From Polyangiales bacterium (GTDB taxonomy: Bacteria > Myxococcota_A > Polyangia > Polyangiales > Ga0077539), in the NCBI GenBank assembly GCA_044229975.1, contig JBGARZ010000007.1:367796-431795 (forward strand): DNA of 64,000 nt, read 5' to 3'. The notes under the pieces were generated by a model. That model saw nothing but the letters and a program-made list of their open reading frames with translations. It was not told the origin of the DNA and did not search any database. Below are positions 23,616-33,998 of this stretch, piece by piece. The first letter of the stretch is position 1. Each line of letters opens with the position of its first letter. The translations under genes were made by a program, and so were the position numbers.

Positions 23616-23993
23616 TCAGGTCGGCGCGTCGGACCCTTCGTCGGCGATCGCCTGCCCGATCATGCGCATCACGTCGAAGCGGTACGGCCCCGGCGTGTAG
23701 CCGATGAGCTCGACCAGGGTCCACACGATGTCCTCGCGGCTCGACTGCCGCGGAATCGCCACGATGGCCCACCGCGCATCCGCCGTAGACCACAGCCGCC
23801 CCTGCTCGATCACGAACTCCTTCATGCCGTCGCGCAGCAGCACGCGCACCCCCTGGGGTTTCAACACGTCGAGCACCCGCCGCGCGAAGGCCACCCGGTC
23901 GAACTCCTCGGTGCACCAGCCCTCCGGCGCGCGACGTTCTTCCTCGCGGACCCAGTGCTCCGGCGCGGCATCGGGTCGTGGTCGTCGCGGCAT
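23616..23993 (-). CDS. Hypothetical protein
   Basis: 125-aa ORF with normal globular composition, convergent with trxC. Confidence 0.65.
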   Translation of the reverse strand: MPRRPRPDAAPEHWVREEERRAPEGWCTEEFDRVAFARRVLDVLKPQGVRVLLRDGMKEFVIEQGRLWSTADARWAIVAIPRQSSREDIVWTLVELIGYTPGPYRFDVMRMIGQAIADEGSDAPT

Positions 23994-24205
23994 CGCCTGA
24001 ACCCCTAACCTACCTCAGGTCGCACCCCGCGGACTTCGTCGCTCGTGCTTGGACGTTTCCGTGAAGGCCCCACGCCACCGGCTCCATTCACCCCCCGACG
24101 CACCCGCCATCCTGCACCCTCGCGATGGGTCGTAGAGACACCGGGGCATCGCGGGCGATGACCCCGCGCGACCACTCCTCCTTAGACCTCCGAGGTACCA
24201 CCCAC

Positions 24206-25090
24206 ATGAGCAACGAACACGACCACCACCACGGCCTCGCCCACGACCTCCGCGTGCTCGGCGCCCAGCTCTCGCGCCGCCGCATCCTCGGTCTCTTCGC
24301 CAGCGCCTCGCTGCTCCCGGTGATCGGCTGCGGCAGCGACAGCGTAGGCGCGGACGGCGGCACCGACGCGGGCACCGGCACCGACGCAGGAACCAGCACC
24401 GACGCGGGCACCGTCACCGACCGTGGCGTCGCGGCGACCGACAACGGCATCACGTCGTGCACCACCATTCCGAGCGAGACCGCGGGCCCGTACCCCGGTG
24501 ACAACACCAACGGCGCCAACGCCCTCGCGCTCGCGGGCATCGTGCGCAGCGACATCCGGTCGAGCCTCGTCACCTCGACCACCGTGGCCGAGGGTGTTCC
24601 GCTCACGATCATCCTCACGATCGTCAACGCGAGCGCCAACTGCGCGCCGCTCGCCAACCACGCCGTCTACCTCTGGCACTGCGATCGCGCGGGCGCCTAC
24701 TCCATGTACTCGGGCGCGGCCCTCAGCGAGAACTACCTCCGCGGCGTTCAGCAGACCGACGCCGATGGGAAGGTGACCTTCACCAGCATCTTCCCCGCCT
24801 GCTACTCGGGGCGCTGGCCGCACATCCACTTCGAGATCTTCGCCAGCCTCGCCGCGGCGATGACCAGCGGGCGCAGCGCCCTCCGCACCTCGCAGCTCGC
24901 GCTCCCCGAGGCCGCCTGCAACGAGGTCTTCGCGACCACCGGGTACAGCGCCAGCGTCGCCAACCTCCGGGGCGTCTCCCTCGCGTCGGACAACGTCTTC
25001 AGCGACGGATCGTCCCTCCAGCTCGCCTCGGTCACCGGCAGCGCCGCGACCGGCTACGTCGCCACCCTGGTGGTCGCCATCCAGGCGTAG
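24206..25090 (+). CDS. Intradiol ring-cleavage dioxygenase-like protein, probably a Tat-exported lipoprotein
   Basis: SRRRILG plus VIGC; ETAGPYP, LWHCDRAGAYS, YLRGVQ, CYSGRWPHIH. Confidence 0.9.
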   Translation: MSNEHDHHHGLAHDLRVLGAQLSRRRILGLFASASLLPVIGCGSDSVGADGGTDAGTGTDAGTSTDAGTVTDRGVAATDNGITSCTTIPSETAGPYPGDNTNGANALALAGIVRSDIRSSLVTSTTVAEGVPLTIILTIVNASANCAPLANHAVYLWHCDRAGAYSMYSGAALSENYLRGVQQTDADGKVTFTSIFPACYSGRWPHIHFEIFASLAAAMTSGRSALRTSQLALPEAACNEVFATTGYSASVANLRGVSLASDNVFSDGSSLQLASVTGSAATGYVATLVVAIQA

Positions 25091-26395
25091 TCAGCGCACG
25101 GCGCCCCAAGCCGTTGCGAGCGATGGGGGCAGATCGAAGAGCGACTTCTGCCAGTCGGGGTCGATGCGCGTGAGCCGCTCGACCCAGCGCCCGCCCACCG
25201 ACGTGAGCGCGTCGTGCACGACCCCGTACCGGTCGTTGAGCCGCTCGGGCAGCTCGAAGAACCCACGCAGCAACAGCACCGTCGCCTTGAGCGCTGCGCT
25301 CATGGGGAGCGAGACGGCGTCGACGCCGAGCAGGTCCGCGGCGCCCGGTCGGAGGATGTGGCGGGCGATGGCGACGGTGAAGCTGCGCGCGAAGGCCAGC
25401 GCCTCGGCCTCGCTGCGGTCGGAGGCCAGCGGTCGCAGCAGCCAGCGGGACACCCGAGGCACCCGCGCGTCGACGGCCCGCGCCGCGTACCGCAGCGGCT
25501 CGACGAGCGTGTCGGCCACGGTGGCGACGAGCCGCTCGGTGAGGTCACGGCCCTGCGTCGTGTCGCCGTGCTGCCGACGGTAGATGCGCTCGTACAGCAC
25601 CTCGGCGTCGGCGAGGGTGTCGGGGAGGAGGTCTTCGCGCACGCCGAGGATGTAGCCGGTGACGCGCCAGCAGTGCAGGTAGGCGTCGCGCTCGCGCTCG
25701 TCGAGCGGCGCCCCGAGGAGCTTCAACCCGCGCAGCACCACCCACGAGAAGGTGAGCAGCGTGAAGGCCATGTCCTCCTGGCAGATGGGGCGTCCCCAGG
25801 CGGGGTTCCAGACCTTCTCGGCGAGGAGCACCCCGAGGCCGCCGCGACCCTTGAGCGCCTCCGAGGCCGCGGCCGGGTCTTCCTCCAGCAGCCTTCGCAT
25901 CGCGGCGTGCAGGAGCCTCACCTTCTGCGCCGTGCGAACGCCCTCGCCCTCGTCGTCGAGCCCGCCGCGGGCCATCACGCGCACCACCATCTGCGCCGTC
26001 TCGTAGAGCCTCCGCCGCGTGTGCTTGCGCAGCAGCGTGGAGAGCGCCAGCGCGTGGACGCCGTTGCGCATCGCGTAGCACTCGGGCAGCGACGCGCAGA
26101 GCAGCGACGCGAGCGACAGCACCCCGTACCGCCGGAAGGTCTCCTCACCCAACCGCACGCGGGCCATGTCGGCCCAAGGCGGGAGCGCGGACGTCGCGCG
26201 GAGGTACGCCTGCACCTCCTCGGGCAGCAGCGACGGCGGCGGCTGGCGGTTGTGCACCAGCAGATCGAGCAGCTCGTTGACGAGCGGAACCTGGCCGCGC
26301 TCGTAGAGCTTCTGCATCACCGCGTCGGCGGCGGGGTCGCACTCCTGGCGCATCGATTCGAGCCAGGCGTCGGTCCAGAGGTCGGTGGCGCTCAT
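25091..26395 (-). CDS. DUF2236 / MpaB / latex-clearing-protein-like heme oxygenase family protein
   Basis: DPAAD, PPWAD, RRLYETAQ, KVRLLHAAMR, WGRPICQEDM, HCWRVTGYILGV. Confidence 0.85.
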   Translation of the reverse strand: MSATDLWTDAWLESMRQECDPAADAVMQKLYERGQVPLVNELLDLLVHNRQPPPSLLPEEVQAYLRATSALPPWADMARVRLGEETFRRYGVLSLASLLCASLPECYAMRNGVHALALSTLLRKHTRRRLYETAQMVVRVMARGGLDDEGEGVRTAQKVRLLHAAMRRLLEEDPAAASEALKGRGGLGVLLAEKVWNPAWGRPICQEDMAFTLLTFSWVVLRGLKLLGAPLDERERDAYLHCWRVTGYILGVREDLLPDTLADAEVLYERIYRRQHGDTTQGRDLTERLVATVADTLVEPLRYAARAVDARVPRVSRWLLRPLASDRSEAEALAFARSFTVAIARHILRPGAADLLGVDAVSLPMSAALKATVLLLRGFFELPERLNDRYGVVHDALTSVGGRWVERLTRIDPDWQKSLFDLPPSLATAWGAVR

Positions 26396-26431
26396 GGCCG
26401 GAGTGCGTATCACGGCCTTGCGACGAAGCGA

Positions 26432-26592
26432 CCACTCACGCTCCGCAACGCGCTCCCTCACCCGGAGGGACGCGCCCGCCCACGCCCGCGGTCGTCGACT
26501 CCGTCGGAGAGCTAAGGGTGCGGGGAGCAGACGACCGCGGGCGTGGACGGGCGCGTCCCTCCGGGTAAGTCCGCATTGGGAGGCGTGAGTGG
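26432..26592. repeat. Large palindromic element (family C, copy 1)
   Basis: ACCCGGAGGGACGCGCCCGCCCACGCCCGCGGTCGTC pairs with GACGACCGCGGGCGTGGACGGGCGCGTCCCTCCGGGT; outer CCACTCACG/CGTGAGTGG. Confidence 0.8.
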
Positions 26593-26736
26593 AGCGCGCC
26601 GGAGTGTCCCCGCCGCTCCGTCCGCACCTTCCGCCTTCTCGCGAAGCCTCCGTCGCCCGCCGTCCACCCCGTCCGACGTCCTCCGTCCACTCCGCGGCCC
26701 GTCCCCACTCGTCACCATCGGCCGTCGGAGCGTCCG

Positions 26737-26767
26737 GGACGCGATGGAAGCCCCTCCCATCGCGTCC
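26737..26767 (-). terminator. 11-bp hairpin downstream of the gene ending at 26795 (possible terminator)
   Basis: GGACGCGATGG-N9-CCATCGCGTCC; no U-tract. Confidence 0.35.
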
Positions 26768-26794
26768 AGAACACATCTACCTACACCCGCAGGA

Positions 26795-27550
26795 CTACCC
26801 CTTGGCGGGACCGTCGACCGGCGGTGCGGGCTCACCCTCGGCCGCCGCGGTGGCCCGGCCGATGGCCTTGTGCACCCGCGCGGCGCTCTCCGCGTCGCCC
26901 AGGAACTCGTACAGCCCCTGGAGGATCCGCGCGAGCCCCACGCGCCGGGCGCGCGCCACCCGCAGCGTCTTGTCGCGCTTCACCAGCGCGGCCGACTCCT
27001 CGCGCGCCTCGCGGGCGAGCGCCTTCATCGTCTTGTCGAGCGCCGCGGCGTCCTCGGCGATGCCCGCGACGAGCTTCGGCACGTCGAGCGTCACGCCGCC
27101 GCGGGTGGCCTTCGGCGGGTGCGTCTTCACCCGCGCCAGAACGCTCCCTGCCAGCGCGATGAGCGCGGTCTCGCGCTCGGGCGTGGCGCCGACGAAACCG
27201 AGCTCCGTGACGACGGTCTCGTCGCACACCGAGTCGATGGTCTTGCGCAGGCCCACGAGGCGCGCCGAGAGGGAACCACGCTGCCGTTCGCGGTCGGCGA
27301 GGAGGGGCGCATCGTCGGCGCGCTCGGCCTCCAGCGCGCGCTGCGCCACCTCGGCGTCGCGCGCGGCGGCGTCGGTGGAGCGGGCGAGCCACGCGAGCAC
27401 GGGGCCCAGCAACGGGACGCGCTCCCTGGCGTGGGCGACCTCGGCGAAGATCTCGGCGATGTCGGTGGCGACGCGGTCGCCCGCGGTCTCCACGAGCTTC
27501 GACAGGTCGAGCGAGGCTTCGGCCGTGCGTGCGGTGTCCTTGGCAGTCAT
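26795..27550 (-). CDS. Hypothetical helical protein
   Basis: GGAGG RBS before MTAKDT; A/E/R-rich, coiled-coil-like. Confidence 0.75.
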   Translation of the reverse strand: MTAKDTARTAEASLDLSKLVETAGDRVATDIAEIFAEVAHARERVPLLGPVLAWLARSTDAAARDAEVAQRALEAERADDAPLLADRERQRGSLSARLVGLRKTIDSVCDETVVTELGFVGATPERETALIALAGSVLARVKTHPPKATRGGVTLDVPKLVAGIAEDAAALDKTMKALAREAREESAALVKRDKTLRVARARRVGLARILQGLYEFLGDAESAARVHKAIGRATAAAEGEPAPPVDGPAKG

Positions 27551-27745
27551 CGATGCACCTCCCAGTGTGTGAGCGCCGCAGCTCCCTCGCGCGGACGCTT
27601 GTCGAGTAGAGCGGTAACAGGGAGACGCGGCGCTGGTGAAGGGCGAACGCGCCGACGGGACACTTCGTAGAGGTGTTGTGGGAGCAGTGAGGCGTGGACC
27701 TACATCGAAAGCGGTGGTCCGTAGTGACTTTGAAAGGTTGGCCAT

Positions 27746-28129
27746 TCAGGGACAGTTGAGCCGCGCCGCCTCGTCCGGTTGGCAAACCTCCCACCCGTGA
27801 CTTTGCAGTCCCTCATACCGCCATGGCGTCATGACATGGACCGAACCGCCCGTTTGGACATAGCAGGTGACGAGACCGCTCATCAGCCGTTCGACGGGGA
27901 GGCACGCGATCTGAATACGGTTGGTCTGCACGCCGAAGTTGATACAGGTCGTCGGAGAGTCGAAAGCCCAACCGTAGATCGGCTCTCGCCCCGCGGGGCA
28001 TGAATCGCCTGCGACCTGGCTGCTGCCGTCGGCGACAGCAGCGTCGGTGGGGGTGACCAACTGCGACGAGCAGGCACTCAGGACTGCTGCGAGCAGAACG
28101 GACGCCCAGATGCCGATTGAATGCTTCAT
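27746..28129 (-). CDS. Small Cys-containing lipoprotein
   Basis: AAGGA RBS, MKHSIG..LSAC lipobox, six further Cys; lower-GC codons. Confidence 0.75.
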   Translation of the reverse strand: MKHSIGIWASVLLAAVLSACSSQLVTPTDAAVADGSSQVAGDSCPAGREPIYGWAFDSPTTCINFGVQTNRIQIACLPVERLMSGLVTCYVQTGGSVHVMTPWRYEGLQSHGWEVCQPDEAARLNCP

Positions 28130-28289
28130 CGAAGTTCGTTCCTTCCTAAAGGCAAACAAAGCTGTAAGGGATTTGTCACTCGCAACCTCTGTTGTTGTCG
28201 GAAGAGCGATGCTTTCGGCCCGCCAATGAACCTGCCCGGTGACCCTTACCTTCCGTCGCGCAGGCTACCACCCCGAGCCCGGCCGCGGC

Positions 28290-30434
28290 CTAGTGAACGG
28301 ACGGGTCGCCCGACTGGAAGTAGTCCGCAGCATAGATCGTACGGCCTCCCGCGGGTACGCCGAAGCCGATCACCTGCATGACCAAACACCGGTTCGCAAT
28401 CGACGGCCCCCCATCCAGAAAAATTGCCTTTCTTGTGTAGAATGACAAGTCCCCTGCGATCATGGTGTTGCCGGCACACGAGTCGACCACTCGAATGATG
28501 ATGTCGGCCACCGAGGTCAGGTCGTTCTCGAACCACATCACCGCCCACTTCCACTTGGTGATCAACGAACTCTCAGGTCCGCTGTCTCCTACCGTCCAAG
28601 AGACGGTTTGACCATTGGTGATGGTGAAACTACGCCAGCCCCAACCCCAAGGCGCCCCCATGCTGGCTCCGTCTGGCCAGTGGAGGCGAAGCCTTCCTGC
28701 ACCCATGTTCGGATCGATGTTCTGATTCTTGCCGCTGGCGGTGCCATTCGAGTGATCTCCCAGAAGCAACAGGTTCACGGCAAGGGCCCGCGCGTCGTTC
28801 CCCGCCCAGCCTATGTTGTTGAACGCTTGGCGGAGCAACCCGGCAGCGCCCGCGACGATTGGCGTAGAAATCGACGTGCCGCTCTGATCCCCAAGGTACA
28901 TGTTCGTGCCCGAACTCGCATAGAGATTGGTGACGATGGCCGGAGCCGCGATGTCGACGCCTCCGACCCCCTACGGGTGACCCCCCTCCTGACAACTGGC
29001 CAAAGACGGGCCCTCTGCCCGAGTCCACCCACCGCGTCGTCGAACCGTAGCTCGCTCCCGAGACACTTGTGTCGATCCCTGCCACGCCGATCGTGTGCGG
29101 TGAGTACCCGGGCCAAGACAAGGTGCACAGTGGAGGCTGCTGGCCGGCGTTGCCTACCATAAAGACGGAGAGCATCCCGGCGTCCAGCCCGTTTCTTAGG
29201 AACGTATTGATGTTGGCGCAATTTGCTGATGGGTTGCACCACCCGCCGCAGCTCGTCGTCCACGATCCGCTCAGAATGTCCACCCCGTCGATGATCGCAG
29301 CTTGGATGGCGGTGGCACCGTCGAAACCGGTGGCAATTTGATAGTAGTACAAGCTCGATTCCGGGTTGATCCCCGATCGTTGGGCTTGTGCGGTGGTCTG
29401 ATATCCGAAGAAGTTGGAGTCTTGAAAATCCTCGATGCTCCCCAGAGCCGCGGAGGTCACCAACGTTCCGTGGTCATCCCCCGCCAAAGGCAGGGCGGTC
29501 TGATTGACACAAGACCCGCCGGTGCCCGAGGAGTTCGTGCCGGAGCAATACGCGTAGCGCGCGATTCTGCTAGGGCCGCCGAAACCGTAATCCTGAAAGC
29601 CGACATGAGCGGTATCAGTCGGCCAGCCTCGGTGATCGCGATCCGGATGCGTTGAGCGGCTCCCGTGCGGCTGCGAGCATCCCCCCTGAAGCCCGCGTTG
29701 TGCAGCACCGTCGCCAGCGTTCCAGCGCGCACCTCACTGCCGTTGTACGCCACGCCAGAATGAATCGTCGGTTCCTCGAAGCCGGCGGTGACTTCAGGCA
29801 AATCAAGAATGGACGCGACGGCTGCTCTCGGGGCTTCGACTGCCAACTGATTGGCCAGCCAGTAGCGCCCGACGACGCGTCCGCCCAGGGCCCGAATGGC
29901 CGCTTCTGCCCTGTCCTGGCTCGGACGCAACTGCTCAATGCGTGCGGCGACGCGATCCTGCCTCTGAGCCGAATCACGCGTGTTCAGTGATCTGAAGTCG
30001 AAACCAGGGTCGTCGAGGGTGACGTGAAAAGTCATCACTTCGGGAGAGGAGGTTGACGCGGCGAGGGCTCTAAGGGAATCCGTGCTGGATTGCTGGGGGG
30101 CGGGAAGGGTTCCTGCTCCTTCCGAAGCCCTAGAGCGCACCTCGCGAGCCCAGGCGATCGCGTCCGTATCCGTTGAAACACGGGCCGGCCGGAAGACTGA
30201 AGAGTTCCCCTCGCCGAAGTTCTCGGCCGCTTGACCAATCTCGCCAGGGATCGCTTCGTCGACCGTCAAGACCGCGACCGCCGCCTGATCCGTCCGATCG
30301 CTCTCTCCCGGCGACATGCAGGAGACGGCGGCGACGGCGACCCCAACGGACGACATCAACAGAACGCCCGTCGTCCGGCGCGAATTCGTACTTGACGGCT
30401 GCGTGCGCAATGTCTTGGACTTCTTGATTTTCAT
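28290..30434 (-). pseudogene. S8 subtilisin-like protease split by two frameshifts (pseudogene or assembly error)
   Basis: Motifs fall in three frames: RIAITEAG / DTAHVGF, DDHGT, GNAG / VDIAAP, SGTSISTPIVAGAAGL, MGAG; breaks near 29618 and at the C5 run 28967-28971. Confidence 0.85.
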
Positions 30435-31065
30435 GTTGGCATCCTGAAGAGCTTGCGGTTTGGGGGTGGTCGTCTGGTGTTTAGTCTGAAGCGCTCAATA
30501 GCCGACGCTCTTCCTGAGAGTTACTTGTGCTGAGACCTTGGGAATCGCAAAGGTGGCCGGGCGCGAATCTGACAGATTCCATCCCCTCCTTCATCGCTGT
30601 CAAGCCGCGTAGACGAGGCCAACGGGAAACGCTTTGACAGCGAGGTGCCCTCCGGCAGTGCCGGTCGTCCGTGCAGGGGCTCGGCGGTCACCGCACACGC
30701 CTCGGCGCAGGTCCGTCCAGCACGCAACGCGCGGTGGCGGTGGCGGTTCCCGTCGTCGGGGTTGGATCACGCGGCCTCCTCGCGTGTCGGGGCTGCGAGC
30801 ATCGGCATCGTCGCTCGCCCGGCCAGCGGGCGCGCCGCCGACGACGGTGATCGCCGTCCTTTCCCCCGGTTCTTCGCAAAACGGGCCCACTACTCGCCAT
30901 GCCATCCAAAGGCTCCACGGCAATTTTCCCGATGGACCTTCCGTGTGGCGAAAATGCCATGAAAGATCAATGGGGAGGAGATCACGATGGCTAGCGTACG
31001 TCAATCGGCAAACGTCGCCGCGAACTCAGCCATGGAGATGGATGTCGGCAATCAGGAGTGTATTG

Positions 31066-31087
31066 AGCCGTCATAAGAATGACGGCT
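31066..31087. promoter_or_regulatory. Perfect 9-bp inverted repeat (possible operator)
   Basis: AGCCGTCAT-AAGA-ATGACGGCT in the non-coding low-GC region upstream of the S8 gene. Confidence 0.35.
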
Positions 31088-31217
31088 GAGGGATTTCGCC
31101 GCACCGTGACGACGAGGCCGCTCCCCTGCTCGTCTCCAGCGCGCACCCCTGGTATCGCGATTGTCCGGATCACCGGCGCCACTCCGGATAGCGATCCCCT
31201 ACGCCCGCGGTACGCGT

Positions 31218-31391
31218 CTTACCCGGAGGAAAGCGACCGCTCGCGCTCGCGGAGGTCGAGTCGGAACGGAGGTTCGACGCTCGGGATCGGCGCCCGGAGA
31301 CCGTGGGCGTCGAGTCGGAGCGGAGGGCCGACGACTGGGGCGTGGACCGGTGCGTCCCTCCGGGTAAGTCCGCATTGGGAGGCGCGAGTGG
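31218..31391. repeat. Degenerate palindromic element (family C, copy 2)
   Basis: 31340-31391 matches 26541-26592 at 49/52 nt in direct orientation; CTTACCCGGAGG (31218) pairs with CCTCCGGGTAAG (31357). Confidence 0.8.
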
Positions 31392-31430
31392 GGCTCTCCG
31401 GAGCGTTGTCCGGACTCCGCTCCTATCCGC

Positions 31431-33941
31431 TCATCCCGGCGAGTAGCAGCTCACGCTCGTCAGTCGATACGCGTCGTTGCCTTGCAGGCACTGGAGCGTC
31501 GAGCTCGCCGGGTCGGGCACCACCGTCACCGCGTACGGCGCCGCGCGCACCGCCACGCCCGCCCACGTGCAACGCACCGTCGTGCACGCGCCCGCTTCGA
31601 GCCGCACGCCCGTCGTGGCCGTGCACGCCACCGCCGCGCCCGCGTCGCCCTCCGCCAGCTCGAACGCCACCGGAACACCGCTCGCCGCCGGCGCCGTCCC
31701 GCGGTTGCACACCGTTGCTGAGAGTTCGATGGTGCCGGTGCTCACGGCCACGGCGCACTCGCTCGCGCTCGCCGAACGCACCGTGAAGTCCGCGACGGCG
31801 GTGGGGTTCAATCCCCCTTGGGTGTTCTGTCGGAAGTTGTTGAGACCCGGTGCGCGCCAGTTGGGCACACGCAGGTGCGACGCCGGGATGACCCCGGTGT
31901 CGCTCACGTTGGTGATCGAGTAGGCGTGTTCGTTCCAGATGGGTCGCGACGGCGTCCAGCGACCGCGCGGATCACCGAACACCTGCACGCCCCCGAAGCG
32001 CGTCCCCACCAGCGCGCGGCAGACATTGCCGGTGCCCATGGACCCGGTGTCGGGCGCGCGGCAGCCGTAGCCACGATCGCCGCACTCGGCGTCGGCGGTG
32101 CAACGGCACAGTCCCCCTTCGCAGGGCATCGACGACGACGGGCAGTCGGCCGAGGTCGAGCAGCGCAGCCCCGGGAAGATGCTGTCGTAGCCCATGGGCG
32201 CGAGCGACCCGCAGGTGATGGAGCAGTCGTCGTCATCAGGAACAACGATCTCCGCCTTCAGGTCGCCATTGACGTCGACGACGATGGGCGTCTCGTACCA
32301 GGTGCAGCTCGGTCGATAGCGCGAGAAGAGCACAGCGCCGCTGCCGCCGTCGTAGACGCGCGTGAAGCACTCGTCGGCGTACACGGCCTCGGCCGCGCCA
32401 TCGCCGTTGAAGTCGAAGACGCTCGACCCGGTGGAGTGGCTGGAGGCGTCCTGGTTGGCGCGCGTCCAACGGATGCCACGCGCGGCGCAGCCCGCCGGGA
32501 CCGTGGCGCCCGCCCCCACACACTGGAGGTCGAAGATCAGGTAGCTCGCACGCGCCGCCGCGGCGAAGTCCACGTGGCCGTCGCCGTTGAAGTCGGCTGC
32601 CGTGGGAGGGCCGCCCGTCCCGCCGCCGGGGATGGCCACGGGGCCGAAGACGACCGTGCCGCGGGTGGTCTGCACGCGAGCGGTTCCGGTGGAGATGACC
32701 GCGACCTCGGGGTCGCCCGGCATGGTGCCCGGGAAGTCTCCGAAGTCCGCGACGGCGACCATGCCGTCGGCGAGCGGCGCGCTCGGGGTGAAGAAGGTCG
32801 CGGGGACCCACGCGCGGGTGGTGACGTTCCACGACCAGATGCCCGCGCCGGTGACCAGCTCGGGGATGTGTCGCGCGTCGTTGTCGACGTCGGCCGTCAC
32901 GGCGAACTGCCCCTGCCAGTAGGCCATCGACGGCGCGAGGTGCGCGTCGAGCAGAACACCATTGCGGTCGTACACCGCGCCGCCGAGGGTGATCTCGGGC
33001 ACGCCGTCGTCGTCGAGGTCGACGATGGAGGGTGATGCCCACGTGCGCGGGTGCGTGGCGTCGGGCGCGCCCGCGGCGGTGTGGCTGCGCCAGAGGAGCG
33101 TCCACGCGCGCATCCCAGGGTCGAAGCGGAACGCCACAAGTCCGCCGGGGTTGTTGTCGACGTGACCCTCGCGGGTGTCGGGCATGCTCGACGCGACGAT
33201 CTCGGCGCGGCCGTCGCCGTCGAGGTCGCCTACCGCGGCGCTCGCGGCGCCGTTCACGAGGTGGGCGTCGATGGTGAACTGCACCTCGCAGGTGCGGCCG
33301 TCGAGCACGCGCAGCACGCCTTTGTAGTTGGCGGTGCTCCAGGTGGAGGCGGGGTGCATCGGGGCGACGATGCTGGGGCGGGCTTCGGTGGCCGTCGGGT
33401 CGAAGCGGAAGTCCACGACGACGAGCGACGGCGACACGCTGGTGTACCCGTGGAAGGGGTCGCTCGCGGGCGAGCGGTCTTCGTACGAGCACAGGATGCC
33501 CGGCGCGAGGAAGGCCGGAACCGTCGGCCGCGTGCACGCCGCGTTGGTCTCGCCGGGGTTGTAGGGGACGCATCGCCCGCTCACGCAGCGGGAGTCGCCG
33601 GGGCACGCGGTGACGGCGCCATCGGCGACGTCGCAGGCGCCGCGATCGGGTGCGCACTGGCCGAGCTCGGGGTCGCAGTATTGACCGTCGGGGCAGCGGG
33701 TTCCGGCGTCGAGCGAGCACGGGGTCGGCCGGTCGACGGGGACATCGGGGACGTCGACGCGGGCAGGGATGTCGATGGGGATGGGGACGTCGATGCGAGG
33801 CGCGTCGAAGGCCGCGTCGGGGCGGGCGCACGCGGCGCCGACGCACGCATCGGGGACATCGGGCGCGGCGGCGCCGGGCGGATCGAAGCACGCGGCGGAG
33901 AGCGCCACGAGGGCGAGGAGCGAGCGGAGGGGCGGCGCCAT
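31431..33941 (-). CDS. FG-GAP/VCBS-repeat lipoprotein with C-terminal CARDB-like domain
   Basis: Lipobox LSAAC; DLDGDGRAEIV, DFNGDG, DVNGDLKAEIV, IWNEHAYSITNV, VCNRGT. Confidence 0.88.
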   Translation of the reverse strand: MAPPLRSLLALVALSAACFDPPGAAAPDVPDACVGAACARPDAAFDAPRIDVPIPIDIPARVDVPDVPVDRPTPCSLDAGTRCPDGQYCDPELGQCAPDRGACDVADGAVTACPGDSRCVSGRCVPYNPGETNAACTRPTVPAFLAPGILCSYEDRSPASDPFHGYTSVSPSLVVVDFRFDPTATEARPSIVAPMHPASTWSTANYKGVLRVLDGRTCEVQFTIDAHLVNGAASAAVGDLDGDGRAEIVASSMPDTREGHVDNNPGGLVAFRFDPGMRAWTLLWRSHTAAGAPDATHPRTWASPSIVDLDDDGVPEITLGGAVYDRNGVLLDAHLAPSMAYWQGQFAVTADVDNDARHIPELVTGAGIWSWNVTTRAWVPATFFTPSAPLADGMVAVADFGDFPGTMPGDPEVAVISTGTARVQTTRGTVVFGPVAIPGGGTGGPPTAADFNGDGHVDFAAAARASYLIFDLQCVGAGATVPAGCAARGIRWTRANQDASSHSTGSSVFDFNGDGAAEAVYADECFTRVYDGGSGAVLFSRYRPSCTWYETPIVVDVNGDLKAEIVVPDDDDCSITCGSLAPMGYDSIFPGLRCSTSADCPSSSMPCEGGLCRCTADAECGDRGYGCRAPDTGSMGTGNVCRALVGTRFGGVQVFGDPRGRWTPSRPIWNEHAYSITNVSDTGVIPASHLRVPNWRAPGLNNFRQNTQGGLNPTAVADFTVRSASASECAVAVSTGTIELSATVCNRGTAPAASGVPVAFELAEGDAGAAVACTATTGVRLEAGACTTVRCTWAGVAVRAAPYAVTVVPDPASSTLQCLQGNDAYRLTSVSCYSPG

Positions 33942-33998
33942 GAGGGGCGATCGTGGCATTGATCGCGGGGCGCGGGGGAGTTGCTGCGAGGGTGGCCG

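Noticed and set aside
30600..31182. Short ORFs in the low-GC gap as a transposase remnant
   Set aside because: No DDE, HUH or recombinase motif and no coding-like composition recognised
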